Shown here piece after piece: positions 39,925 to 52,925 of a stretch of DNA of 64,000 nt. Origin of the DNA: Veleropilina oligotropha (Eukaryota). Made by a program: the position numbers and the translations under genes. The stretch lies in the NCBI GenBank assembly GCA_048128005.1, contig JBEUKZ010000114.1, positions 1-64,000 on the forward strand. Reading direction: 5' to 3'. Numbering within the stretch: position 1 is the first letter of the stretch; each line of letters starts with the position of its first letter. The notes below the pieces were generated by a model. It was not told where the DNA came from. It worked only from the letters and a program-made list of their open reading frames with translations, and did not search any database.

Positions 39925-41135
39925 ATACACTTCTAGTCATGATAATTATCAGAGAGGTACAAAATTTAAACTTCGCCACTAGGCCTAACCGGGAAATGGA
40001 CTTTGCCTGCGTGTACCGTGGTTTACATCGCACAGCTGTGTTTACATGCATATGCAAATAAGCTTGCTGTGAAAGTGAAAAGTGCACATATTAAAAAGTA
40101 GGAATGTAGGCCTACTATAATATTGCATGCATAAATCAATCTATAAAATATTATGCAAAAGTCGTATGCCGTTGTTAGAGGTTCGGTGGTTATCTTTGGC
40201 GACATGTACCGTTGTATTCATGCACTACATAAAATATTTTATTTTACAATGTAACAGTGTTGTTGTATTCGTAATCTTCAAAGCTAAGGATGCTACCTAG
40301 CAGCCTCAAATATTTGAGGAAAAATCCTCCCTATTTCATTAATTTTGAGGCGATACTGAAGTTTTATGCTTCGAGTAACCCACTTGAGGACGTGACGTCC
40401 TTAACTTGAGGAAATAGAACGCTTTGAGGAAAATCTCAAGTTAAGGAGCTTTGGGTAAGCGGGGCCTGGAAAGTTGGGCTCGTGTATCGTTACTATTGCA
40501 TAGTTCTTAGACATGCTTTACTGTAATTGTTAATGTCTACAGCGTTCTTTATTTCACCAGATAAATATAGACACATCAATAATTCTGAGGAAAGATTTCA
40601 ATCGCTTCAACCATTGCATACAAATAGGACAGACATGGAACATTTTAATTAAAAACAATTATTCCATTGTACTTCATGCGTTATTGTATCAGCTGTTTCT
40701 ATGTATTCTTGGTTACACAACAATTTGCGATGGCAAAGTGAGGCCACCCCATCTATTTCTTACCAGTGGTGATACGGGATAATAATTCTGGACCATTAAC
40801 TCTTCATTAAGGCCGTACGGTAGTGGCGGGAATAACAAGAGCCCGTTAGGAAACGGATTCATGCCCCGCCTTCCGCAATCACTCTCGTCTGATATAAACC
40901 AAAATTTCTATGTCCCAACACATCAAGTTTCTTCAATATTTATACAAAATATTATTCAATATCATTGCTAGAGTAAAAGGTGGTATCAATATAAGCATCA
41001 CCAAAGTATATATATTCAATAATGGAACAGAACGGAAATTCACTCAACTTTAACAACAAAATTATATGTCCACAAACACTAATTTCACATGTTATTTATA
41101 TTACTTGCAGATGATGGAGCAGCATCAATATAGAC

Positions 41136-41394
41136 GGCCGCTTCGGCAGCGCAGTGGGTAAGAGTGTCGACTCTAAATTCATTAGCTTGATTACGCTAAT
41201 GCGAACATTAGTGGGTTCAATACCTGGCTGAGGCATTGAAATTTGTTCAAATTATGAATCACAGTTGTCCGTGACTGGCCGAAGAGGGCGGGTTTACCCG
41301 GGCGACCGGGTTTCCTCCCGCGATAACACGGCCATGTCCTGCCTTGAACCTCGATGTTGTAAATATACAGGACATTAAGCATAATTCCTCTTCC
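41136..41394 (+). mobile_element. SINE family A, full length
   Basis: A box GCGCAGTGG, B box GGTTCAATACC; TSD GCATCAATATAG(A/T)C at 41122-41135 and 41395-41408. Confidence 0.92.
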
Positions 41395-41909
41395 GCATCA
41401 ATATAGTCGACACTAAAGTATATGGATGTATAACAGTGCCTAGAACAACCCATATGCCCATTGGAAATTTAAACAAAACTTTAACCAAAATTTCTATGTC
41501 CACAAATACCTATTTTTATGCAATAATTATATTAAATTTAATTCAGCATCAATTCCATAGTATCAATTGACATTCATTTTATCAATATCAAAGCATATAT
41601 ACACCAATATGTTGTTTCAGCAACCCATATACAATCAATGAAAAACTTTAACCAGAAACTTTAATCAAAATTTCTATGTACACAAACACTTACATTTATG
41701 CATAATTATATTAAATCTCACATCCATAGTATTAGTTGACATTCATATTATCAATACCAAAGCATATATACACCAATATGTTGTTTCAGCAACCCATATA
41801 CACTCAATGAAAAACTTTAACCAGAAACTTTAATCAAAATTTATACGTCCACAAACACCTACATTTATGCAATAATTATATTAAATTTTATTCAATCTCA
41901 CTTCCATAG

Positions 41910-43851
41910 TATGGAATGCCAAGAGGCTCAATATTCCATTGTGCAGTTACAACATTAGTATTAATGTTGCATTATCCTAATACGACTTCAAGTATTCTAC
42001 TTTTTCTTGCAATGTGATAGTTTCAATGTGACAGTTGCAATGTTACAGTTGCAATGTTACAGTTGCAATATTACAGTTGCAATGTGACAGTGGCAATATT
42101 ACAGTTGCAATGTGACAGTGGCAATATTACAGTTGCAATGTTAGTTGCAATATTACAGTTGCAATGTTACAGTTACAATATTACAGTTGCAATGTGACAG
42201 TTGTAATATTACAGTTGCAATATTACAGTTGCAATATTCTAACTACAATATTCTACACCGCGGCGCCACCGTCGCTAAACGTGCTCGTCGGCATACGAAA
42301 AGTACCGTCCAAGTTAAAACAATACAACCTGTCGCGGGTATATATATGCAATAAGGGCATTAACTAAACGTGAATATAAGGGCGAATCATCCTTTTTTCA
42401 ATTTTGTGACCTCTCGTCCGGGGGACTTTTCGTATGCGGACGAGCACGTTTACCAGTAGTAAACAAAGGGATACCAGTCATAACAACACACGGTCGTGTC
42501 GGTACACGCTGACAGTCAGATCGCCACCCTATCGATTCATTGCACAGTCAGATCGTCCGTACTGAATAGCGTATACAATAGATATTTAAATACCAAATAA
42601 TCGGTAATTGAATGTTTCTTTTCAATTCAGGAGATATCGTGTTGATATTTATGAAGTTTATATAATATTAAAGTTCATTGTTTAAAAGGACAGTCAGCAA
42701 GAGTAGATTTTCCCGACGCTCAATTTCTTCGTATAATATTGACGACTCACGAGTAAAACTGTCGCGGCACCGGCCAAATTTTCTATACAACAAAAAAAAA
42801 ACAGTGAATAAATGCATATAAATAGTGTTCGTGTACACGATAATGATTGATGTATGTTATGTGACTGTATCTGATCAGCCGCATTAATTAATATACCCCC
42901 AAATTAATCCGTCTGAAAACGAAAAAACATTTGTCACAAACTGCGTCTAGTAAGATGCGAGGCAACTCAGAAACAATTTACTCATACCTTAAAATGTACT
43001 CATGAAAATAGTAATATCACGGTTGACTCGTGGTGTCAATCGGATACCAGCTAGTCTCTCTTAGCGTCGGTCGCATAATCATGAATGTACTGCTTGATAA
43101 TATGATCGTAAAAACATTGGCGCATCACTTATATTACATAAATAATAAAGTTTTATTTTAGTTTTCATTTATAAAAGTATACTAAAACAAATAATATATG
43201 TTTCAGTTCGAGTATTTGAGATATTGGGCAAAATGATGACTGTCGTAAACATACATGTCTGGCTTAAAGAAGTGCCGAGGCCGAATATTATGCTACATTT
43301 TTCGCCAGCAAATTTTAAAGTTTCAAATTGGTAGCCTCAGATTTATGGCAGCAAGTACATTGGACTCTCATATTTTTACCCAATTATGATACTGTTACTG
43401 TCTGTCAAATCAGTACATACACCCCTAAATATTAGTAGCTACTTCGTCACAGGTTTTAAGCTCTGCCGAACTGACCGTGTGACGTTTTGACCGTTACCCT
43501 AAACAAAGCGACGGTGGCGCCGCGGTGTAGAATATTGAAGTTAGAATATTGCAACTGTCACATTGTAACTGTAATATTTCAACTGTCACATTGTAACTGT
43601 AATATTTCAACTGTCACATTGTAACTGTAACATTGCAATAAAGGGCGAGAGCAGTGCGCGGTGCATAATAAGGAAGTTAGAATATCTCATCTTGCATAAT
43701 GACATGTGTCGAACAGTAATGTTGGCAGTAAAATTAAAATATTGCAAGTAAAAGTAGACTATTTGAAGTCGAATTAGGATATTGCAACATTAATACTAAT
43801 GTTGTAACTGTAACTAGCACAATGGAATATTGAGCCTCTTGGCATTCCATA
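41910..43851. mobile_element. non-autonomous TIR element, ~350-380-bp TIRs containing a 14-15-bp minisatellite
   Basis: TATGGAATGCCAAGAGGCTCAATATTCCATTGTGC and its reverse complement at 43817-43851; TSD TAG (or ATAGT); ACAGTTGCAAT repeats in both arms. Confidence 0.88.
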
Positions 43852-44249
43852 TAGTATCAGTTGACATTCATATTATCAATACCAAAGCCTATATACACCA
43901 ATATTTTGTTTCAGCACCCCAAATACACCCAATGAAAAACTTTAACCAGAAACTTTAACCAATATTTCTATGTCCACAAACACCTACATTTATGCAATAA
44001 TTATATTAAATTTTATTCAATCTCACTTCCAGAGTACCAGGTGTCATCCATATAATGCATACAAAAGCATATATATGCCAAAAAGTATCATGGGCAAGCT
44101 ACACACACTCAATTCGAAACTTTAACCAAATTGTTTACGGACGTATGGACGGACGGACGCCCAGCCAGATGGACATGGCAACAACAATACCCCCCGCTAC
44201 CCTTCGGGCGGGGGATAAAAACGTGGCTCCCATTACACTCGTATGCTTA

Positions 44250-46950
44250 ACGCATAAAAGTAATCACATACTAGACTGTGTGATCATTTCACAAGACAGC
44301 GCAATTTTTCCACTAAGTACGAAAACTGTGGATTGCCAGATATCGGATCACTTTCTAATCTCATTTGAATTGAAAATATAAAGGCCAGCACCCGAATCGA
44401 AACAAATTTGCTACCGTAAATTCAAAGATGTCGACATTACTGAGTTCAAAACAGAATTATCGCATATCGTCTTTCCACAAGAAATGGACCTGTCACAGTT
44501 GGTCGATAAATATAACAATGATATTAAGCTCATCATTGACAATCATGCTCCGGAGATCACCAAAACAGTCACCATAAGACCAAATACACAATGGTACAAT
44601 GCCAACCTCCGCCAAGCTAAAGTAATTCGACGACGCTTAGAACGACGCTGGAATAAGTCTGGCAAACCCACCGATTACGACGCATATAAGGAACAGTGCA
44701 AGTTGGTGAACCATCTGCTCACGGATGCTAAAACTGAATTCTTCTCAAACAAAGTCATTTACTCGAAAGATGATCAAATGAAGCTCTTTATTGTTACCAA
44801 AGATCTGTTACAATGGAATAAGTCAACTCCACTGCCAACTGATTATCAAGAGGAATCACTTCCCACTATTTTTAGCGACTTCTTCGTTGATAAAATAATC
44901 AAAATAAGAAACACAATTTCGTTATCGCAAATGCAATCAACCACGGATGAAATCTATGAATCTTTAGATTCGAAACGTAATGACATTCAACTCTTAACGT
45001 TTGAAGTTGCAACGAATGATGAAATTAGGTCGATCATTATGCGGTCATCATCATCTACGTGCCCACTCGACCCTCTACCATCATGGATGCTGAAAGCATG
45101 TTCAGATGAATTGTTGCCAATTTTGACGCGGCTTGTCAACATGTCATTATCCAATGCAGAAGTTCCAGAAAATTTCAAGAGCGCATTGGTAAAGCCCTTA
45201 CTGAAAAAGGCCAATTTGGATCAAAACAATCTGAAAAATTATCGACCGGTTTCTAATCTAAGTTTTATTTCAAAACTTGTGGAACGTGTTGTAGCAATTC
45301 GATTAAATTCTCACTTGAAAAATCACATGCTTTTGGACAAATACCAATCAGCGTATCGCATGTTTCACTCCACAGAAACAGCCCTTTTAAAGGTTCAGAA
45401 TGACATACTTCAATCTCTACATCAGAAATCAATGGTTGCTCTCGCCTTGCTTGACCTGAGTGCAGCTTTCGATACAATTGACCACCAAATTCTGTTTAAC
45501 CGCCTGAACGCCTACTTTGGAATCAAGCAATCAGCGCTTACATGGATCAAGTCATATCTACATGAGCGAAAACAAACCGTCGTCATAAACGGCATGAAAT
45601 GTGACCCTGCCTCTCTCCCTTACGGTGTGCCACAAGGTTCCGTCTTAGGTCCGATTCTGTTTTCGATGTATGTCACACCCGTAGCAGAGATTGCCTCCAA
45701 ATATAATCTGTCCTATCATTTCTACGCAGATGACAGTCAAATATATGTTGCATTTGATCCCAAAAGCTCCTTCAAGGCAAGCCTAGACATATTGGAGAGC
45801 TGTGTTTCAGAGATCAAACAATGGATGTGCACAAACATGCTGAAACTCAATGATGATAAAACTGAGTTTATTATATTTGGCTCAAGAAGTAACATCACAA
45901 AGGTCCGAGATGTAAACCTACAAGTTGGTGAAACTGAAATAAACTCCAGCGAATTTGTAAGAAATTTGGGTGCTTACTTCGATAACACTATGTCAATGGA
46001 AAAATTCGTCTCTGATAAAGTTAAATGCTCATTATTCTTTCTAAGAAACATCAGACGCATCCGTCGTTTTTTAACACCAGATGCAACGAAGCTTCTTGTG
46101 CATGCATATGTCATATCTCGCCTTGATTATTCCAACAGTTTACTTTTCGGAATAAACGCAAGCCTCATTAACAGATTGCAGCAAGTTCAGAATGCCGCAG
46201 CCAGGCTGATTTTACTTGCCCAGCCAAGGGACCATGCAACCCCGCTGCTATATAGCCTACACTGGCTCCCTGTTGAGAAACGGATTATCTTCAAAATTCT
46301 TACATTCGTTTACAATTCTCTTCAAGGAAAAGCGCCTGGATATATTATTGAACTTCTGGCTCAATATCGACCTATTAGAGCACTTAGGTCGCAGCAATTA
46401 CAACAGTTGACAGAGAATAGAACAATGAATAAATATGGCGATAGAGCATTTATCAACAATGCCCCAAAACTCTGGAACAAACTCCCATCTAAAGTAAAGG
46501 AAAGCACATCTCAGACAAGTTTTCGGAAGACGTTGAAAACACACCTATTTGCTGATGTATATGCCAACCTGATCAAATCTCACTAACAATTCAGCTGCCA
46601 TCGTAGTAGTGGAGGACAGTAATGACTGCTTCACATCTGTTCATTGTTATTGCTTATAGCATTCATCATATGTACCATTCAAAGTTGGTTGAAGTTCACG
46701 CAGGGGCTGCTTCACCTCTTTGTCTGATTGCGCTTGTAAAAAAAAAAAAAAATTAATAAAATTGAAAGAACTCAACAAAAAAATATTCTGTTTATTATTA
46801 TTATTATTGCTTATTGCATTCATAGTATGTATCATTGATGTCTCTCCTGTATATTCTTGTGTACATTGTACTGTAATATTAGTTATAGTTTGTACTGCGC
46901 TTAGAGCTACACTAGAATAGGCGCATTATAAATGTATTAAATAATAATAA
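44250..46950 (+). mobile_element. 5'-truncated L2-clade LINE
   Basis: Endonuclease tail TH...HILD..ISDH, RT ORF, 3' stem-loop GCGCTT..AGGCGC and (TAA)n tail. Confidence 0.88.
44484..46586 (+). CDS. L2-clade LINE reverse transcriptase (ORF2, N-terminally truncated)
   Basis: 700-aa ORF with NYRPVSNL, HSTETAL, LLDLSAAFDTIDH, GVPQGSVLGPILF, YADD and LHWLPV; the same frame continues upstream through one stop at 44379-44381. Confidence 0.92.
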   Translation: MDLSQLVDKYNNDIKLIIDNHAPEITKTVTIRPNTQWYNANLRQAKVIRRRLERRWNKSGKPTDYDAYKEQCKLVNHLLTDAKTEFFSNKVIYSKDDQMKLFIVTKDLLQWNKSTPLPTDYQEESLPTIFSDFFVDKIIKIRNTISLSQMQSTTDEIYESLDSKRNDIQLLTFEVATNDEIRSIIMRSSSSTCPLDPLPSWMLKACSDELLPILTRLVNMSLSNAEVPENFKSALVKPLLKKANLDQNNLKNYRPVSNLSFISKLVERVVAIRLNSHLKNHMLLDKYQSAYRMFHSTETALLKVQNDILQSLHQKSMVALALLDLSAAFDTIDHQILFNRLNAYFGIKQSALTWIKSYLHERKQTVVINGMKCDPASLPYGVPQGSVLGPILFSMYVTPVAEIASKYNLSYHFYADDSQIYVAFDPKSSFKASLDILESCVSEIKQWMCTNMLKLNDDKTEFIIFGSRSNITKVRDVNLQVGETEINSSEFVRNLGAYFDNTMSMEKFVSDKVKCSLFFLRNIRRIRRFLTPDATKLLVHAYVISRLDYSNSLLFGINASLINRLQQVQNAAARLILLAQPRDHATPLLYSLHWLPVEKRIIFKILTFVYNSLQGKAPGYIIELLAQYRPIRALRSQQLQQLTENRTMNKYGDRAFINNAPKLWNKLPSKVKESTSQTSFRKTLKTHLFADVYANLIKSH

Positions 46951-47561
46951 AAAACGAGAAGAGTGATCTCGAATGCTGTATTGGGCACTTTGTTCAATTG
47001 TCAGTCACATTTGTCCATAACTGGCCGGCGCGGGTGGGTTTTCCAAGACCAGCTGACTATAGCCTCCAGCGATAATATGGGAAAATGTGTGATACTGAAG
47101 GGTGTTATAATGGAACATTAAACATCGATCCAAAACATGCGGAAATGCTGGCATTTGATTGGTGGAGGACGTTGACCTCAACCATATATGGCAAGCTACT
47201 ACATATGCTACTACATATGCTAATGAGGTCATATCTATATACAGCCAGCAATATGTTTACACCACGTGATGTCAATACGACGCCAGCAAAATGTACGGAT
47301 GTAAGGTCAGGGCCGGGTTATTTATAGAATGCAAAAGTTAACGAGGCTGTAACCAAAAGATACATCAGTAAAACAGGGCAAGTGAGCAATCGTTGTGAGA
47401 AAGATTTATTAAAATGATTTATTTTCATAGTATTGTTTTAAATACATGGAAATATTAACTTAAAACAAGTATTTTCCCGTATTTTCAGCAGTTTTTCAGT
47501 CAAGCTGTTGAACTATGACATAAATTTACAACTAAGTTTTTCAGGTGATTGGAACATTACA

Positions 47562-48227
47562 AACAAGGCAATCATAGATCGCAAACCTTCGCCTCGGTGG
47601 CAAGGAATGGTGAAAGCTAGCAATCTCTGCGAATAATAGATAAAGAACATATATTGAGCCTAATTACCTCGGTTCGAACAAACCATGCAAATGTCTGCAG
47701 TGATGACATGTAGATGATATCAGTTAGAAGCATCAATTCGAGCAACAATGTTTAGAAAGAAAAGCTTGAGAATTCATTGAACACAAGGTTACCGTAATCT
47801 ACGGTCCCTGAAACTTTCAGGTATATCGCTTTAGTGACTATTGAGTTATAGCGAGTTAAATATTTTTGTTTTCTCTGATTCGTAATTTTCAGTCTGTCAT
47901 TGTCACTCATATGATATCAGTTGCAAACAAGCAGCTGTATCAATTCCATGCACTCGCATCTAATCAAAACACAGAAGTCAGCTCATGTGACCTTACTGCC
48001 AATCAAATAAACAAGGTGTATACACGATGGCGACACATTGTATTTTGAACAGATTAGGGACAGAGTAATAGATTTTTAAGTCTTAAAATGAGAAATTGCG
48101 TAATAAAAGACGCACCCGCTATCCGATTCGGATCAATGGTTGTCGAGATATGCTCGTGGACAGACAGACAGACAAACGGACCCGATTGCAATACCTTCTC
48201 CCACACACTACGTGTGGGCGAAGGTAA
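47562..48227 (+). mobile_element. Helentron/HINE-like element
   Basis: AACAAG..ACCTTCGCC start; (GACA)n; hairpin TACCTTCTCCCACAC..GTGTGGGCGAAGGTA. Confidence 0.75.
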
Positions 48228-48233
48228 CTACCT

Positions 48234-48426
48234 GTCCTCGGTAGCTCAACTGGTTAGAGCGACGGAAAAACGTTAAGCGGGACGGTAGGATGTGGGTTCA
48301 AGCCCGCTCCGGCTTATTGTAACGCTTGAAACTAATAGAAAGCATATCCCTAATGTATGTAGGTCAGATCGGATATCCCGACCGCGATAAGGCTGAAAAC
48401 TTGCCAAAAAGTGGTCGTAAAATAAT
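48234..48426 (+). mobile_element. tRNA-derived SINE (family B-like)
   Basis: A box TAGCTCAACTGG, B box GGTTCAAGCCC, tail shared with 19688-19735. Confidence 0.65.
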
Positions 48427-51391
48427 TTTTCCTACTTCCTACTACCAAATCAAAACTTCATTTGCTGATAAGGAAAGTGAAGACGAATCTTAAACATATC
48501 GTCTTAAAGAAACACAAGCGCCACGCTAGAATGAAGCCACTTTTAACCAGCTGTATATCCTTGACGGTGCCTTAAAGAGAGAAAATCAAGCTAATAGTGA
48601 CCGCTGCATACACAAGTGACGGTCAAACACAGGGCAGAGTCGTGATAATGATATACTGATTTAGAACAGAAACAACCAAAAACATTCTGATATCGCTTTC
48701 GGAAAAACAGTGGTTGTCTAGTCATACACAAAGCAGACACGATAATTACAGATTCTTGTACACATCATTTCTCGTGATGTGCGCTATATTTTTGATACAC
48801 CATCCAATTACTTGAAGAGACCAGAGTGCCTTCTTGTTGCGTACGAAAATAACCAAATTCACTCAGAATAATGAAAAATTCAAATAGCGGATATCTGTTA
48901 ATATTGCCGCAAGCAATAAATTCAATATGTCTCTAAATTTGTCTACTGATTAACTTACCTGGAATCGAATATTAATTGCACATATAAAATATAGACGCAT
49001 TTTCACGTTTCGTTTGTATTCCTCTTTTGATTTATTACTGACGCTAATGAAATTAAATGCTGTCATCGCCAGCAAATATCGATAACTGGTTCTGTCAGTT
49101 AGCAATGTTTTAGTTAACGGTACCTTTGCATAGGACGGTGGTCTAATGAAATGTCTGTTCGGGAAATTGACTTGTGTATGAAATATGACATGGTTGGGCG
49201 AATTCCTGACAGGGGTGAGATTAGTTCGTTACCCTCTGTTTAAAATTAATAGCTCGCTTTTGATTTAATTGCGATATATAATATAGTGAAATTTAATAAA
49301 GAAAGCGTTCAGCTCAACGTAATCACTATGAAATATGGCATCTTAAACAATGAAAAGGCACACCATCCCTGATCGGAATATTAATGTCATTCTTTATAGA
49401 TTATTCTTAATGATTTATTGCAAGATGCCAAAAGTAGATATTTTAACCCCTGATTTAATCTTATCTTCCTCTGACAGCATTCCAGTTAATAAACGTCAAG
49501 GCAAATAGGGTGAATGTGCCTGTTATCGGTGACATCTATTTGTTTATCTTAATAATAACTGAAACAACATATGAATACAAGTAGCACATTTTTAGAATCT
49601 AGAGCTTATTTTCTATAGCCTGTTTTAGACGTCAAGCCTCTATTGTGCCCCCAACCACAAGAGCACAATACATGAACAAACATTGCATGTGTGTATTCAT
49701 TGAAAATATTGCCATATAATTGCATTTAGAAACAGTTGACCACCAGTAGTGGCATAGTAATTACTTTGGGTTATTACATCATATCATATATTAATTTATT
49801 TCTATGAAATAGTCATATGCAAATCTTGGTATAGAATACTAAAGTTTTGGTATATGCACGGCTGATATTGTTAAAAGTAGGGTGGCCGATTACTGACTAC
49901 CAAAATGATGCATTCAAAACAGGCCGTGGTGGCCAATTACTGATGAATACATTTCTGGTACCGGCCATTGTGTTACACATTGATACTACCTAATCGATTC
50001 CATATAGTTCGAAGAATAGAAATCAAAATAAAAGATGATATTTAAAACAAAAGTGCTTTTTTTAAGTTAAAATGGTAAATACCACTACCGTTCTATTGCA
50101 TTACCGTTCTTGAAATAACGAAAATATTAGCATTCCAAGGCGAGCATGGCGCAAGCATTGGAAGTTATGAGGAGCATTATAAGTCACGGAGGCGCTGCAA
50201 AGGAACATGATATCCAAGAAGGAACACATAGGATACATTTATATTAGCACTTCTCAGTGAAGATAAGGTCAAACAAATATTTTCAAAATGAAATCTATCA
50301 TCATGATGTCTTGCATGACAATAGACTTTAATAGAATAAATGCGGACTAATCGAACTTTCAGTTGTGGCATAAGAGGGAGAAATTTTCGGAAGGACGCAA
50401 GAAAATATATATGAAGTTATTATTGGTAATGAAAAGCAAATAATAACAACCGTTAATGGAAATATTAAAGGAATGATATTTATGTACAGTAGGTTTGTCA
50501 GAAAATGGTTGGATGAAATAAGAAACTGCAGGTATGTCGCAAACATACTTCACCTATTGCTCGTTGAACACCAGATCACGTCACCTCTTCCCTTTTTTGA
50601 TGATGGTATCCCAACTCTTTTAAAATTGCAGCTGATCAAGGGTAAATTTGTATTATTCTCTACTGTTTGTTATCTAACTATGCTCGTTTAATCCAAACAG
50701 CAGATGTTGCTATATTTCCGAATGCTCTATCATTGAATGGAAATGTGACGAAACGGCAGACACAAAATTCCGGTAGAGTTCTTTTCCGAGTGCATGTTGC
50801 AGTTACTCGTGACAGATCACCTGCCATTATCGATGATTTTTTTTTCTTTTAATCCGGCTGTCGTTGATTACAATAAGTGTGCGAGTGACATCGCGGACCA
50901 GGTAAAGTCAAATAGAAGCAAATACACATTGCCACGTATGCTATACCAGTCATGATGGGTAATGACCACAAAATATAGCATAATACCCAAACATTAATCA
51001 AAGTACTTATTGCCCTAGGTAGGCTACATTATGAAAACATCGTTAAAATTCCGAAAACACATAGCTAGTCAAACACAAATAATCTTATTGCAGCACCTCA
51101 ATTAAATGAAGGTGAAATTAAGGACTTCATCATTGCATAAATTCATCTGTTGAACATTAAACATGTGTATGCGAATTATGATAAGGTTTTCTAATTATGA
51201 TAAGGTTTTCTACCAATAGTATGTGTCGAAAGTACTTGCTAAGCAGCTTTGAAACCTTCATAAGCTCCATATCAACACATTGGAGCAACTAAGCAAAACA
51301 GAATCTGATGGTATAATAGAGTTCGAAGACTGTTCATGAAACTGTTAAAGCAATATATTGTAGTATATATGTGAACACAATAAAATCAACA

Positions 51392-51980
51392 AACTAGATA
51401 TTGTTATTGTCCACAATAACAGGAATGTCTCCCCTGCTTGGAATTCTATTTTAGCAAAATGTCATGTGACTTATGACCTCAAATGCAAGTGCAAAGCATC
51501 CTTTCTTCATATGCAATCTGCCTGCTAAATAAGAAACTGTAGTAACTGCCTGGATAACAAATCACAATCAAATTTCTGATTTTTTTTATTTTTAGCAACA
51601 GTTCATGTGACCTTTGACCGATTGACCTAAAACGCAATCCCAAGCATCATTTCCTCATAGACAACCTGCCTGCTTAATATGACCAACATTGCTAAATATG
51701 AACGGTAGTTATCAACAGGGAAGCAAATCGCAATCAAAATTCTATTTTTAGGTCATGTGACCTTTAAGCGATTGACCTCCAATGCAATTCCAAGGGCCTT
51801 GTCCTGATAGGCAACCTGCCTGGTAAATATGAACATGTTCGCTAAGTATGAACAGTAGTTATCGTCCGGAAAGCAAATCGAAAATTTTGGAAATTCTATT
51901 TTTAGCCACAGGTCATGTGACCTTTGGCGCACCGACCTGAAAATCAATCCCAAGCGACCTCTTCTCATAAGTAACCTGCA
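51392..51980 (+). mobile_element. 3'-truncated copy of the 35369 HINE-like family
   Basis: AACTAGA..TTATTGTC.ACAATAACAGGAATGTCTCCCCT and the same internal repeats. Confidence 0.8.
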
Positions 51981-52135
51981 AAAGTGGCATAAAAGTAGGT
52001 CCACGGTATTTATCACATCTAAAAGCACCCGATCCTTAGACTTACTTTAACAAGTGTTTGGTCCGGCACCAAGATTGCCTTGTAACAGCGACCATCAACC
52101 AAGTAATGTTAAGTTCAATGTCAATAAGTTTAATA

Positions 52136-52551
52136 TAAGTTGTCGGACGACGTCGCAGTGAATACGGTGGATTGAATACCGAATAAAGTTAAACCACGAG
52201 GCGCTAGCGCCGAGTGGTTTAACGTTATGAGGTATTCAATCCAACGTATTTACCAAGACAACGTATTTATCTTGATTTTATCTTCATTTTACCTTGATTT
52301 CTTATGATGCTTGATTAACAGAGTCACGATTTCGTTCATAACACTTGTTAGCAGCCATTTGCATTTACCTATCTACGGTGTCAGTAAGGCCGAGTTATTT
52401 CCCTTGACGGACAGTTAGCCAATCAGAACAGAGGATTATGACGTTACCGTTGTTTAAGAATCCATAAACAACGGCTGGTCGGTGTATACGGTCAGTTATC
52501 AAAATGACGTCAGCCAATCAGAAGAGAGGATTAACGGCGAAATCAAGATAA
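52136..52551. mobile_element. palindrome-headed non-autonomous element (Crypton-like architecture)
   Basis: Hairpin at ~52160-52252 centred on GCGCTAGCGC; IR TTATCTTGATTT (52267) and AAATCAAGATAA (52540); AGCCAATCAGAA twice. Confidence 0.55.
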
Positions 52552-52925
52552 TGGGTTATAAGTATTATTTTTATAATGTCGAAATGAATTTCAATAAATT
52601 CAAATTTTTTTCATAATATTCCGTTGACATTTCGTCAGTTCAAACTATCGAGCTTCGATTCAAGAAATACGACACACATCCGCAAATAAACGAATTGCGT
52701 AGTCTTCGAATTTGGCTATAAATGAAAGACATTCCTTACCATGATGGGAAATCGGTCATTCCAAATTCCGCGCTGTACGAAAACCGTTCTATCGGGATAA
52801 ATTAATACACAATCTTTGGACATTTTATGTGTACTGAAATAAATCATTTCCAATAAGACACTAAACAGGTTCATATAAACGATCGCTATTGGCAAGAGTT
52901 AATGAACCAGCGTCCGAAAATATAC

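Larger units (their letters stand above)
35047..40465. mobile_element. non-autonomous PIF/Harbinger-like element with CTG TSD, carrying nested elements
   Basis: TIR GCCCCGATTACTTAAAGCTCCTTAACTTAAGATTT and its imperfect reverse complement ending at 40465; CTG at 35044-35046 and 40466-40468. Confidence 0.6.
40834..44220 (+). mobile_element. Helentron/HINE-like element with ~175-bp satellite, hosting a SINE and a TIR element
   Basis: AACAAG..ATGCCCCGCC start; repeats AAACTTTAACCAGAAACTTTAA..; GGACGGACG; hairpin CCCCCGC..GCGGGGG. Confidence 0.8.

Noticed and set aside
48234..48315. tRNA gene
   Set aside because: A and B boxes are present but there is no acceptor or anticodon stem, and a SINE tail follows
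50150..50870. Possible decayed transposase or exon
   Set aside because: Short overlapping ORFs without recognisable motifs
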